A stretch of DNA of 64,000 nt, taken from NCBI GenBank assembly GCA_937925845.1, contig CALAML010000040.1, positions 1,463 through 65,462 of the forward strand. Direction: 5' to 3'. The notes under the pieces were generated by a model. The model worked only from the letters and a program-made list of their open reading frames with translations, ran no database searches and was not told where the DNA came from. The stretch is from an uncultured Acidimicrobiales bacterium (GTDB lineage Bacteria; Actinomycetota; Acidimicrobiia; Acidimicrobiales; CALAML01). Below are positions 1 to 8,897 of the stretch, piece by piece; the first letter of the stretch is position 1, and the number at the start of each line of letters is the position of its first letter. Both the position numbers and the translations under genes were made by a program.

Positions 1-133
1 CTTCTTGAAGTCCGTCGCGACCGCACCACAACCCTGCTGTGATGGGAGCCGTGAAGCTACGGGTAGGGGAGCCACTAACGGGGTACGGGTTTATCGTTGG
101 GCCATTGAAGCCGATGCCCGAGCGGTGGCTGGG

Positions 134-1120
134 ATGACGTTCGGTGAGCCGGGAGCCGCGGTCGATGTCGAAGAAGTAACGGTGCGCTTCGGTGCAACCG
201 TTGCCCTTGATCGTTTCACCCAGTCGGTGGCCCCGGGCGAAGTGCTGGCGGTGGTCGGACCCTCCGGTTGTGGCAAATCGACCCTGCTACGGGCCATCGC
301 CGGACTGGAACAACTCGCCTCCGGCCGGGTCCGGATCGACGGGCAGGATCTTGTGGGCACTCCACCCCATCAACGTGAGCTAGGGCTGATGTTTCAGGAC
401 CATGCGCTCTTTAGCCAACTCGATGTTGCTGGCAACATCGGCTTCGGCCTGCGCATGCGACGACGTTCCAAGCCCGAGATGGCAGCCAGAGTGGACGAGC
501 TCCTCAAGCTCGTCGACCTCGACGGGTTTGGTCACCGCTCGGTCGATGAGCTTTCCGGCGGAGAGGCCCAGCGGGTGGCCTTGGCTCGAGCACTCGCTCC
601 GTCGCCCCGGCTCCTGATGCTCGACGAGCCATTGGGCTCGCTCGACCGAGTCTTGCGGGAACAGCTGACCCACGACCTGCGGAGGGTGCTGCGGGAGCTG
701 GGCCACACCGCCATCCATGTCACCCACGACCAACACGAGGCCTTTGCTCTGGCCGACCGCATCGCCATCATGCGGGATGGCCAGCTGGTGCAGTCCGGCC
801 GCCCATCGGAGCTTTGGTCAGCACCTGCTGATGCCTTTGTCGCCGAATTTCTTGGTCATCCCAACATCTGGGATCGCGGCGACCAGGTAGAGGTGGTGCC
901 TCTGAACGCCATCACCATCGTGAAGGGCAACGATTCCGATCGCGGCGAACTCGACGGTGTGGTCACCGTCGCCGAATTCCAGGGCGAACGCTGGCGGCTA
1001 ACCGTCGCCACGGAATCCCACGGCGAAGTCCACCTCGAAGCCGAAGAGCCCGAAGATCTCGGCCAAGAGGTGGAGCTCAAAATCAACCAGGCCCGCATTA
1101 TCACCCTGCCCAACAGATAG
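134..1120 (+). CDS. ABC transporter ATP-binding protein (PotA/FbpC/ThiQ-like, C-terminal TOBE-like region)
   Basis: Walker A GPSGCGKST, Q-loop MFQDHALF, signature LSGGEAQR, Walker B LLMLDEP, H-loop VTHD. Start moved from 5 to ATG 134. Confidence 0.9.
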   Translation: MTFGEPGAAVDVEEVTVRFGATVALDRFTQSVAPGEVLAVVGPSGCGKSTLLRAIAGLEQLASGRVRIDGQDLVGTPPHQRELGLMFQDHALFSQLDVAGNIGFGLRMRRRSKPEMAARVDELLKLVDLDGFGHRSVDELSGGEAQRVALARALAPSPRLLMLDEPLGSLDRVLREQLTHDLRRVLRELGHTAIHVTHDQHEAFALADRIAIMRDGQLVQSGRPSELWSAPADAFVAEFLGHPNIWDRGDQVEVVPLNAITIVKGNDSDRGELDGVVTVAEFQGERWRLTVATESHGEVHLEAEEPEDLGQEVELKINQARIITLPNR

Positions 1121-1122
1121 GA

Positions 1123-1160
1123 GTTGGGCTGTCTGGGGTCTAACCCCCAAAGCCCCCAAC
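1123..1160. repeat. REP-like palindrome, family B (GGGGTC-N-(G/A)ACCCC core)
   Basis: gttgggctgtctggggtc-t-aacccccaaagcccccaac between convergent genes. Related copies at 54186, 59058, 59159 and 60331. Confidence 0.6.
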
Positions 1161-1169
1161 GTTTGTGGG

Positions 1170-2132
1170 TCAGACGGTGGCCGACTCGGCTTGGGCGGTG
1201 TTGGCCTCGTACCAGGCGATGGTTCGGCGCAGGCCATCGACGAAGGATGTCTCGGCCTGGAAGCCAAATTCTTCTCTGGCCCGCGAGGCGTCGACGCATC
1301 GGCGCGGTTGGCCGTCGGGCTTGTTTGCATCCCACTCGATGTGACCAGAGAAGCCGACCAGGTCGGCCACCAGTTCGACCAGCGCCTTGATGGCGATCTC
1401 CTCGGTGGCGCCGAGGTTGACCGGCTCCCGGCCGTCATAGTGTTCGGCGGCAGCCACCACTCCCGCAGCGGCATCATCAACAAAGAGGAACTCGCGGCTT
1501 GCGGAGCCGCTACCCCAGACGGTGATCGACTCGGCCATGGAGTTTCGGGCGTCGACGCACTTCTTGATCAAAGCCGGAATCACGTGGGACACGTCGGGAT
1601 GGAACTTGTCGCCGGGGCCATAAAGGTTGGTGGGCATCAGGTAGATGCCCTTCTGGCCGTACTGATCGCGGTTGGCCTGCAGCTGAACCAACTGGGCCAG
1701 CTTGGCGATGCCGTACGGGGCGTTGGTCTCCTCGGGGAATCCGGTCCAGAGGCTTTCCTCCTGGAACGGAACCGCAGTGATCTTCGGGTAGGAACAGATC
1801 GTGCCGACAACAACGGTCTTGGTCACATCGGCGACACGCGCCGCCTCAATCACATTCGTGCCCAGCAGGAGGTTGTCGAGGTAGAGGTCGGCCGGCCTGG
1901 CCTGGTTCGCTCCGATCCCACCCACTCGGGCGGCAAGGTGAATCACCACATCGGGGCGAATATCCCGAAGATAAGTCTCAGCGGTCTCGCGGTGACGGAG
2001 GTCGGTCTGATCGCTGCGGGGCACGTCGATGTCGGTGCAACCGGCCTCCTTTAACGCAGAGACGACGGCCGAGCCCAGAAAGCCGGCTCCGCCAGTAACC
2101 ACGGTCCGCGTTTCACGCCAAAACGATGACAT
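1170..2132 (-). CDS. fcl: GDP-L-fucose synthase
   Basis: TGGAGFLG, HLAARVGGIGAN, YGIAK, PTNLYGPGD, WGSGSASREFL and KPDGQPRR are WcaG/Fcl motifs. Confidence 0.92.
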   Translation of the reverse strand: MSSFWRETRTVVTGGAGFLGSAVVSALKEAGCTDIDVPRSDQTDLRHRETAETYLRDIRPDVVIHLAARVGGIGANQARPADLYLDNLLLGTNVIEAARVADVTKTVVVGTICSYPKITAVPFQEESLWTGFPEETNAPYGIAKLAQLVQLQANRDQYGQKGIYLMPTNLYGPGDKFHPDVSHVIPALIKKCVDARNSMAESITVWGSGSASREFLFVDDAAAGVVAAAEHYDGREPVNLGATEEIAIKALVELVADLVGFSGHIEWDANKPDGQPRRCVDASRAREEFGFQAETSFVDGLRRTIAWYEANTAQAESATV

Positions 2133-2248
2133 CAGCTAAACCTATCGTCGATCTCCAGGGTCCTTGAGGCATGGTGCCGACAAGTCGACCCACACCTTCC
2201 TATCGGCGGCAGAGCAGCATCGGTGAGATCGGCCAAGACCGACCAAGC

Positions 2249-3379
2249 CTAAATGTCGAGAACCTGGGCTGCGATCAGTTCTTCGAGGTGGCTGGTGTCG
2301 AACCAGTTGAGCTCGAGACTCTTGGCCCGCCGGAAGAACAGCTGGGCATCACACTCGACGGTGAAGCCCATACCGCCGTGGATCTGGATGGCCACACCAC
2401 TGACCTTGCGATAGATCTCGGTCGCCATCATCTTGGCCATCGGAGCCAGCTTCTCGATCGAGCGGGACTCATCGCGGGCCCAGGCGGCCTGGTGCACCAG
2501 CGTGGTCACCCCATCGATCTCGGTGATGCCGTCGGCCAGGTAGTGGTTCAACGACTGGAACGCGGCGAGGGGCTTGTCGAACTGGACCCGCTCCTTGGCG
2601 TATTCGCAGGTGATCTCGTGTACCCGCCGAGCCCCGCCGACACACATCGCACCCACCAGGATGTTGGTATCCATCATGGTGCGGTGCCAGAGGCTCCAGC
2701 CGGTCCCGGGGTCGCCGACCCGAGCCGTGAGCGGGACCGAAACGTTGTCGAAGTCGAGCCGGTACTGAGTGTCGTAGGCCACGCTCTGCTGCTGGGTCAT
2801 GGTGAGCCCGGCGGCGTCGGGGGCAACCACAAAGATGTCCACCCCATCCGCGGTGCGGGCCAGCACCAGGAAGGCGTCGGCTGAGCTGGCATAGAACACA
2901 TGGCGCTTCACCCCCGACAGCTGGACCGAGTCAGGGTTGTCCGGGTCGGCCACGGCCTGCATCTGCACGCCCGTTGGGCCGGAGCTGTTGTCGGGCTCAA
3001 GCCAGGCCGGAGTGAGGATCATCGAACCGGCCGCGATACCGGGAAGGTAGGTCTGCTTTTGTTCGTCGGTGCCGCCGCGGGCCAACACGCCGGCGCTGAT
3101 CACCGACGACACCAGGTGCGGAGACGGGGCCAGGGTTCGACCGAACTCCTCGTAGACGACGGTGGAGTCGAGCAGCGTCATGCCTGATCCGCCAAATTCC
3201 TCAGGCACCAAGGCGCCAGCGAGCCCCAGCTGGGCCAACTGATCCCAAAACTCGCTGTCGTAACCCTTGGCGTCGTTCTCCAGAGCCCGCACCGCCTCGA
3301 CCGGCGCCTTGGAATCGCAGAGGCCTCCCACGGCGTCTCGCAACATGTCTTGTTCTTCGGTGAAAGCCAGATCGAGCAT
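2249..3379 (-). CDS. Acyl-CoA dehydrogenase, FadE27/FadE28-like (beta-type subunit of heteromeric ACAD)
   Basis: MLDLAFTEEQDML start with GGAG SD; YAKERVQFDKPLAAFQ; HGGMGFT; short C-terminus lacking the GGTxE motif. Confidence 0.88.
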   Translation of the reverse strand: MLDLAFTEEQDMLRDAVGGLCDSKAPVEAVRALENDAKGYDSEFWDQLAQLGLAGALVPEEFGGSGMTLLDSTVVYEEFGRTLAPSPHLVSSVISAGVLARGGTDEQKQTYLPGIAAGSMILTPAWLEPDNSSGPTGVQMQAVADPDNPDSVQLSGVKRHVFYASSADAFLVLARTADGVDIFVVAPDAAGLTMTQQQSVAYDTQYRLDFDNVSVPLTARVGDPGTGWSLWHRTMMDTNILVGAMCVGGARRVHEITCEYAKERVQFDKPLAAFQSLNHYLADGITEIDGVTTLVHQAAWARDESRSIEKLAPMAKMMATEIYRKVSGVAIQIHGGMGFTVECDAQLFFRRAKSLELNWFDTSHLEELIAAQVLDI

Positions 3380-3513
3380 CGTTGTGTCTCCGGTAGTGGG
3401 CCTTGAGCCCAATTGTCATCGTTGGTGTTGCGGTTGGTTGCTGTCGTTGTGGTTGTTGTGTGGGGTCGCTATTGCTGCCGGTGGTGCGTGCGCCTTGCGG
3501 GTGGCACCAGAGC

Positions 3514-4638
3514 TCAGGGTTGCCAGTCGCTGCCGGTTCTGGCCCAGGGGTTGTCTTGAGCGTCTTTGGGGATGGCCACCTTCACCCTGCAGGTGGTGGC
3601 GACCCTGGTCTCGGCGGTGAGGGTCACGTCAAGTTCGGCCCAAGCGCAACCAACGTCATCGATCTCGGTGGCGGTCACGTCGGCGGAAAGGGTCATGGTG
3701 TCGCCGGGATACACCGAGTCCCGCATCCGGAACGTCATCCGGCCAAGACGGCTACGTGGGCCGCACCAGTCGGTTACGAACCGCTCGAACCAGGCGGCCT
3801 GATTCGGGGTGTTCAGAAAGATGTCACGAGTGCCGTTGCGGTTCACCGCAAAGTCGTAGTCGTGGTGCATCGGCCGCCAATCACGCGACGCCAACGCCCC
3901 CAACACCACGGTGGTGGCCGAGACGTCCTTGGCCAGCGACGGCAACGAATCGCCGACGGCAACATCGCCGAACACCAACTGTGCCTTATCGCTGCGGGGC
4001 GGGTTGGCTGGGTTGGGCGAGGATGGCGCCGATGCCTGGTTGTCGATCGATGGAGCCTCGCTGGACTCGGCCTTGGCTGGCTCGCCAGCCGTGGCGGTTG
4101 ATGGCTCGTCCGGAGCCGCTTCGGGGCGTCGATAGCCGAAGGCGGTGTAGCTCTCGACCCCCATCACCTCATCGGCGGCGTTGAGGTACTCAACCTCCAG
4201 TACCCAGAATCGGCCGGTGCCGAGCTTGGTGGTTTTGGGTTCGCTGATCGAACGAAGCACCTGGCGGCTGCGGATCCGATCGCCGATACGGACCGGAGTG
4301 AAGAAGGTGATGGTGTTCTCCGAGATGATGGCCTCGGGTAGCGCCAGCTCCTCCTTGAGGTCAAAGTGCACCTGGAGCGGCACCGCAGGCTCGCTGCGCC
4401 CCGGCGACCAATGATGGGGTCGAAACCACACCGACAACATGGTCGGCGGGGCGATGGGCCCCGCGGTGATCTCGGCGGCCGCCGCTTCGTCCCAGTACAG
4501 GGGGTTGCCGTTTTCAGTGGCGGCGCAGGTGTTCCAGATGTAGCCGTGCTCGACCGGGAAGCCGCCATCGACCTCATACTGGGGCTCGCCGATCTTGGCG
4601 TTTACCGCTTCCGGGATGTCCATCAGGTCGGTGCTCAT
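3514..4638 (-). CDS. Double hot-dog/MaoC enoyl-CoA hydratase (ChsH2 N-domain-like fused to ChsH1-like)
   Basis: N-domain NPLYWDE..APPTML; C-domain GALASRDWRPMHHD..DIFLN..RFVTDWCGP; Pro/Ala/Ser linker between them. Confidence 0.8.
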   Translation of the reverse strand: MSTDLMDIPEAVNAKIGEPQYEVDGGFPVEHGYIWNTCAATENGNPLYWDEAAAAEITAGPIAPPTMLSVWFRPHHWSPGRSEPAVPLQVHFDLKEELALPEAIISENTITFFTPVRIGDRIRSRQVLRSISEPKTTKLGTGRFWVLEVEYLNAADEVMGVESYTAFGYRRPEAAPDEPSTATAGEPAKAESSEAPSIDNQASAPSSPNPANPPRSDKAQLVFGDVAVGDSLPSLAKDVSATTVVLGALASRDWRPMHHDYDFAVNRNGTRDIFLNTPNQAAWFERFVTDWCGPRSRLGRMTFRMRDSVYPGDTMTLSADVTATEIDDVGCAWAELDVTLTAETRVATTCRVKVAIPKDAQDNPWARTGSDWQP

Positions 4639-4756
4639 CGAGCCGGTTCACCTCTTGTTGTCACGGTCAGCGCCGCTGTTGGTTCGGGTGAGGGCGGCGC
4701 GTTGTGGAGCCGGGGCCTGACCCTCAGTGTGATCAGAGCCATCTGCGTAACCAGTG

Positions 4757-5914
4757 TCATCCGATGGCTCCGCTGGCGATCAGGGCCTCGATGGCCGCTT
4801 CGCCGAGCCCGGCTTCGTCAAAGACATCGCGGGTGTGGGTGGTTCCCATGTCGGCGATGGGCAGGTCGGTGGCATCGACCTGGCCCGCCAACATGGCCCC
4901 GACCTGGCGTAACGACCCTTCGGTCGGATGGGTGACCTCCACAAAGGCATCGCGGGCTACGTACTGCTCGTCGCTCGTAAGCTCCACCACATCAAGCACC
5001 GGGGTGACGCAGGTGTCGGCCGGAGCCAGCGCGGCAACCCACTCGTCGCGGCTCCGGGAGGCAAAGGCGGAAGCAAAGTCGGAACGCATCGCCTCGACCG
5101 CCCCGTTCTCAGTCTCGTACTGACGGCCAACCCACTGCTCGCACCCGAGACCGCGGCACAGGTTGTCGAAGAAGCGGCCCTCGATGGCGCCGACGGCCAC
5201 CCACCGATCATCGCTGGTGCGGTAGACGTCATACCAGGCGTAGCGCCCGGTGAGCAGCCCATGGCGCGGTCCAGGTTCGACTCCCTCAGCAAAAAATTCA
5301 TCGACGGCCAGCGACATCAGCGACAGCGCGCCGTCAGCGATCGATACATCGAGATGGGCGCCCTCACCGGTGGTGGCCCGACCGACCAGGGCAGCGCAGA
5401 TCGAGGCGACGGCATGCAAACCACCCGCGGCACTGTCGGCAACCGTGGCGCCAGGTAGCGCCGGACCCCCCTCGGCGTTGGTGCCTGAACAATGCAGGTA
5501 GCCGGCGACACCGAGGTAGTTCAGGTCGTGGCCGGCCCACTGCGCTCTGGGCCCATCCTGGCCGAAACCGGTGGTCGAGCACAGAATCACCCCCGGGTTG
5601 GCTCCCTTCAACCGGTCATAGGCCAGGTTGAGCCGAGCCATCACCCCGGGGCGAAAGCTCTCGATCACCACGTCGGAGTCTGCCACCAGCCGAAGAAAGG
5701 CATCGGCGCCGGCTTCGCTCTTCAAGTCGATCTGGACCCGGCGCATGCCACGGTGAGCGCTGTAAGCGTAGGCCGGGGGAGTGATCTGCACCGCGCCATC
5801 ACGCGGCATCGGGCCCACCTTCACAACCGAGGCGCCGTAGTCGGCCAGCCAACGCGAGGCGCGCGCCGCGGGCCCGACACTCGCCAGATCCAAAACCTTG
5901 ATCCCCTCGAGCAC
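4757..5914 (-). CDS. CaiB/BaiF family III CoA-transferase / alpha-methylacyl-CoA racemase-like
   Basis: LEGIKVLDL, ADSDVVIESFRPGV, GFGQDGP, AGHDLNY. Start GTG 5914 after an AGGA SD. Confidence 0.88.
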   Translation of the reverse strand: MLEGIKVLDLASVGPAARASRWLADYGASVVKVGPMPRDGAVQITPPAYAYSAHRGMRRVQIDLKSEAGADAFLRLVADSDVVIESFRPGVMARLNLAYDRLKGANPGVILCSTTGFGQDGPRAQWAGHDLNYLGVAGYLHCSGTNAEGGPALPGATVADSAAGGLHAVASICAALVGRATTGEGAHLDVSIADGALSLMSLAVDEFFAEGVEPGPRHGLLTGRYAWYDVYRTSDDRWVAVGAIEGRFFDNLCRGLGCEQWVGRQYETENGAVEAMRSDFASAFASRSRDEWVAALAPADTCVTPVLDVVELTSDEQYVARDAFVEVTHPTEGSLRQVGAMLAGQVDATDLPIADMGTTHTRDVFDEAGLGEAAIEALIASGAIG

Positions 5915-5933
5915 GAAAACGTGTCCTGTCTGG

Positions 5934-7151
5934 CTAGAACGCCTTGGGTAGACCGAGGCCGCGACGGGAAATGATGTTCTTTTGCACCTCGCTGGTGCCA
6001 CCACCGATGGTGTCGAGCACCGTGTACCGGTAGGTGCTCTCGGCCCGGCCCTCCATCGGAGCATCTTCGGTCTTCACCCGAAGCTGGGTGCCGGGGCCGC
6101 CCAGATCCATCGACGCGTTGGCCAACCGCTTGGAGAACTCGGTGGTGTAAAGCTTGTACTCGCTGGCCTCGATGGTCGGTGGGGGACCGCCCGAGGCTTC
6201 GCTCTTCACCGTGGCATCGACCACGTTGAGCCCCATCACTCGGGCCATTTCCGCCTCGGCGGCCAGGTGAGCCACCCGGGCCCGCACCAACGGATCGTCC
6301 TTCAAGGGAACTCCGTCTCGTTCAGTGGAGCGGATGTGGTCGACCAAAAGGTCGAGCCGTTGCTTCACCGGCGAGTAGGTGAACATGGTGAAGCGCTCAA
6401 GGTCGAGCGCCTGGCTGATGTACTGGAACCCCTTGTTGAGGTCGCCCACCACATACTCGTCGGGAACAAACACGTCATCGAAGAAGACGTCGTTCGTGCG
6501 CTCATCGCCCATGGTCCAAATGCCCTGCACCGTGACGCCGGAGATGTCGAACGGCGGGTCGGGGTGAGTGGGTAGCGGAACCAGGAAGAGGGTGATGCCG
6601 TTCCACTTCGGCACATCGGGATCGGTTCGGGCGCCGACCCAGTACCACTCGGCGAAGTGGGCCGAGGTGGTCCAAGTCTTCTGACCGTTCAAGACCCAGC
6701 CGCCCTTGACCTCGGTGGCCTTGAGCTTCATCGCGGCAGCATCGGAGCCGGCCTCTGGCTCGCTGTAACCCACAGCGAACTCCACCTCGTTGTTCAGAAT
6801 TTTCGGCAGGAACTCCTCTTTGAGGAACTCCGAACCGTGAGCGATCAACGTCTTGCCGATGATGCCCACCCCCTTGCCGATCTGGGGGCCGCCGCGGCCA
6901 GCCAACTCTTCGTTCAGCAGGTACTCGTAGACGCCCTCGCCCTCCTGGCCGTCGTACTCCTTGGGCCAGGTCATGCCGAGCCATCCCTGACGGCCCATCT
7001 CCTTCATGATGGCGCGACGCTTCGGGGTGTCGACGATCTGAGCCATATTTTCGCGGGTGGGATCGAAGATCTCGGGGTCGTCGTTGGCGTCCAGGAACGC
7101 CTGGACTTCTTTCAGAAACGCCTGTTGTTCTTCGGAGAAATCGAAGTTCAT
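5934..7151 (-). CDS. Acyl-CoA dehydrogenase, FadE26/FadE29-like (alpha-type subunit)
   Basis: GYSEPEAGSD, NGQKTWTT, ALDLER, GGGTSEVQKNII. Confidence 0.92.
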   Translation of the reverse strand: MNFDFSEEQQAFLKEVQAFLDANDDPEIFDPTRENMAQIVDTPKRRAIMKEMGRQGWLGMTWPKEYDGQEGEGVYEYLLNEELAGRGGPQIGKGVGIIGKTLIAHGSEFLKEEFLPKILNNEVEFAVGYSEPEAGSDAAAMKLKATEVKGGWVLNGQKTWTTSAHFAEWYWVGARTDPDVPKWNGITLFLVPLPTHPDPPFDISGVTVQGIWTMGDERTNDVFFDDVFVPDEYVVGDLNKGFQYISQALDLERFTMFTYSPVKQRLDLLVDHIRSTERDGVPLKDDPLVRARVAHLAAEAEMARVMGLNVVDATVKSEASGGPPPTIEASEYKLYTTEFSKRLANASMDLGGPGTQLRVKTEDAPMEGRAESTYRYTVLDTIGGGTSEVQKNIISRRGLGLPKAF

Positions 7152-7205
7152 GCGTGGGCCCCCGCGCTGAAGAGTCTGAGCTGTCACCGGTGTGGTTCGG
7201 CACAA

Positions 7206-7224
7206 CTGTAACGGACTGTTACAG
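7206..7224. promoter_or_regulatory. Perfect inverted repeat, probable repressor operator
   Basis: CTGTAAC-ggact-GTTACAG about 55 bp upstream of the ACAD operon start. Confidence 0.55.
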
Positions 7225-7294
7225 AATAGCTGATTGTGCTGGGCGGAAGTCCGGTCGGAGCACAGATCCGGTGATGGTCACCCTGGTTCGCGGG

Positions 7295-8425
7295 TCAGGT
7301 TTGGTAGTCGCTGATCTGGATTTCGGTCCCGTAGTCGGCGAAGTCGCCGTCGGCTCGGGCCTGGCGGAAGTCACCCCAGGTGATCGGCCGATAGTGCGGT
7401 TGGTCGCCAGCACCGACCGAACTGGCAAGAGGGGCATAGGTGGTGTCGTAGCTCGGGTTAAAGAAGTACGGCAGCGAAAACCGCACCCGGTCGGTGCGGG
7501 GCAGCACCCGATGCAGCGCGGCCCGGTAGCGGTCGTTCGACCACACCTGCATCATGTCGCCGGTGTTGATTACCAACGCCCCCGGCACCGGAGCCACATC
7601 AACCCATCCACTGGGGCCATCCGGGTGGGCCACCTGAAGGCCGCCGACCTCGTCCTGGGCGAGGACCGTCAGTGCCCCAGCATCGCTGTGGTGATGCAGC
7701 GCCATGTCGCCCAACGGTGTGGTCTGTGCCGCCTCGGCGGGGTTGAGCTGATCATCGAGGGGATAGTGGTTCAACCGAAGAAAGCTGGTGTGGCCCGGGG
7801 CGAAACCACTATGCAGGGCGCGGGCTGGCTCGCCTAACCCCAGGCAAAACGCCGACAGCAGAAACAGCGACAGCTCCTCGCATGCACTGAGGTAGCTCAC
7901 CATCGTGTCGCGGAAGCCGTCTATGGCCGGCCACTGGTTCTGGCCGTCGACCGGCTGAGCGTTGGCCGGGTGATCATCGCCGAGCTCGGGACAAGGGATC
8001 TGGCCGATGTCGAGCACCTCTTTAAGGTCGCGACGGTTCTTGGTCAGCTCCCGGTCATAGAAGCCCCGGGCGTTGGTTTTGCTTCGTTGCAACCGCCGTT
8101 TCTCGGCTTGGGGCCGGGCGAAGAACGTTCGTGTCGCGACCCAGACCGAGTCCAGCAGCTCCGGGGCCAAACCATGGTTGACCACCTGGAAAAAGCCAAA
8201 ACGGGCCGATGCATCAGCGACTGCTTCAACAACCTCGGAACCGGGCACCGTGGAGTCAGGCACGGTTGATTCCGGCGTCGTTGAGTCGGAAACGGATGAG
8301 TCGTCCATTGCTGATTTGGGCATGGCTGATTCGGAAGCGGCAGCGTCCGCTGGCGACGCCGGGCTGACTGGCGACAGGCTCGGCGAGGCACGGCGGCCAA
8401 GGTCCACGATCGGAACTTCGATCAT
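7295..8425 (-). CDS. 2-oxoglutarate/Fe(II)-dependent oxygenase (isopenicillin N synthase-like family)
   Basis: VPIVDL, GFFQVVNHG, HSD..H facial triad (HHSDAGALT; AALHRV), RFS motif. Confidence 0.92.
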   Translation of the reverse strand: MIEVPIVDLGRRASPSLSPVSPASPADAAASESAMPKSAMDDSSVSDSTTPESTVPDSTVPGSEVVEAVADASARFGFFQVVNHGLAPELLDSVWVATRTFFARPQAEKRRLQRSKTNARGFYDRELTKNRRDLKEVLDIGQIPCPELGDDHPANAQPVDGQNQWPAIDGFRDTMVSYLSACEELSLFLLSAFCLGLGEPARALHSGFAPGHTSFLRLNHYPLDDQLNPAEAAQTTPLGDMALHHHSDAGALTVLAQDEVGGLQVAHPDGPSGWVDVAPVPGALVINTGDMMQVWSNDRYRAALHRVLPRTDRVRFSLPYFFNPSYDTTYAPLASSVGAGDQPHYRPITWGDFRQARADGDFADYGTEIQISDYQT

Positions 8426-8474
8426 CGTGCCATCCTTTCACGGGTGGTGGGGCCGGGACTGCCGGCCGGTGAGG

Positions 8475-8861
8475 TCAGGCTCCAGGGTTCAGCCGTAGGA
8501 GGGAAAACCCCAGCGCGGTGGCCACCGACACCCACACGATGGTGGGGGCAATCAGGGCGCCGGCCAGGGCCGAGACTCTCCAGGCGGCAACGGTTGCCGC
8601 CATCACCAAAATCAACAGGCCCACCAGCCACCAGGCGGCGAGGGGGAGCCGACCGGGTCCGAACACAACGGCTTGCCAAGCGATGGCCACCAAGAACTGG
8701 CCGACCAGGAGGCCGACGCTCAGGTTCACTCCGGGCCGATCACGGCCGAGCAACACCACCAATGCGATGGCCTGGAGAGTCCACAGGGTGAACCATGCGG
8801 CGGGGAAGGCCCAGTCGGGCGGAATCCAGTCGGGCTTGGTGAGCGATTCGAAAAAGGTCAT
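8475..8861 (-). CDS. tspO: TspO/MBR family membrane protein (short form)
   Basis: SLTKPDWIPPDWAFPAAW; C-terminal AGALIAPTIVWVSVATALG..LN. Confidence 0.8.
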   Translation of the reverse strand: MTFFESLTKPDWIPPDWAFPAAWFTLWTLQAIALVVLLGRDRPGVNLSVGLLVGQFLVAIAWQAVVFGPGRLPLAAWWLVGLLILVMAATVAAWRVSALAGALIAPTIVWVSVATALGFSLLRLNPGA

Positions 8862-8897
8862 CGGTGGTTGACGAAGCGATGAGGGGGAGGGATCGCG

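Noticed and set aside
30-130. Possible TPP riboswitch upstream of the ThiQ-like ABC ATPase (contains GGGGAGCC)
   Set aside because: No CTGAGA or ACCTGA core on either strand.
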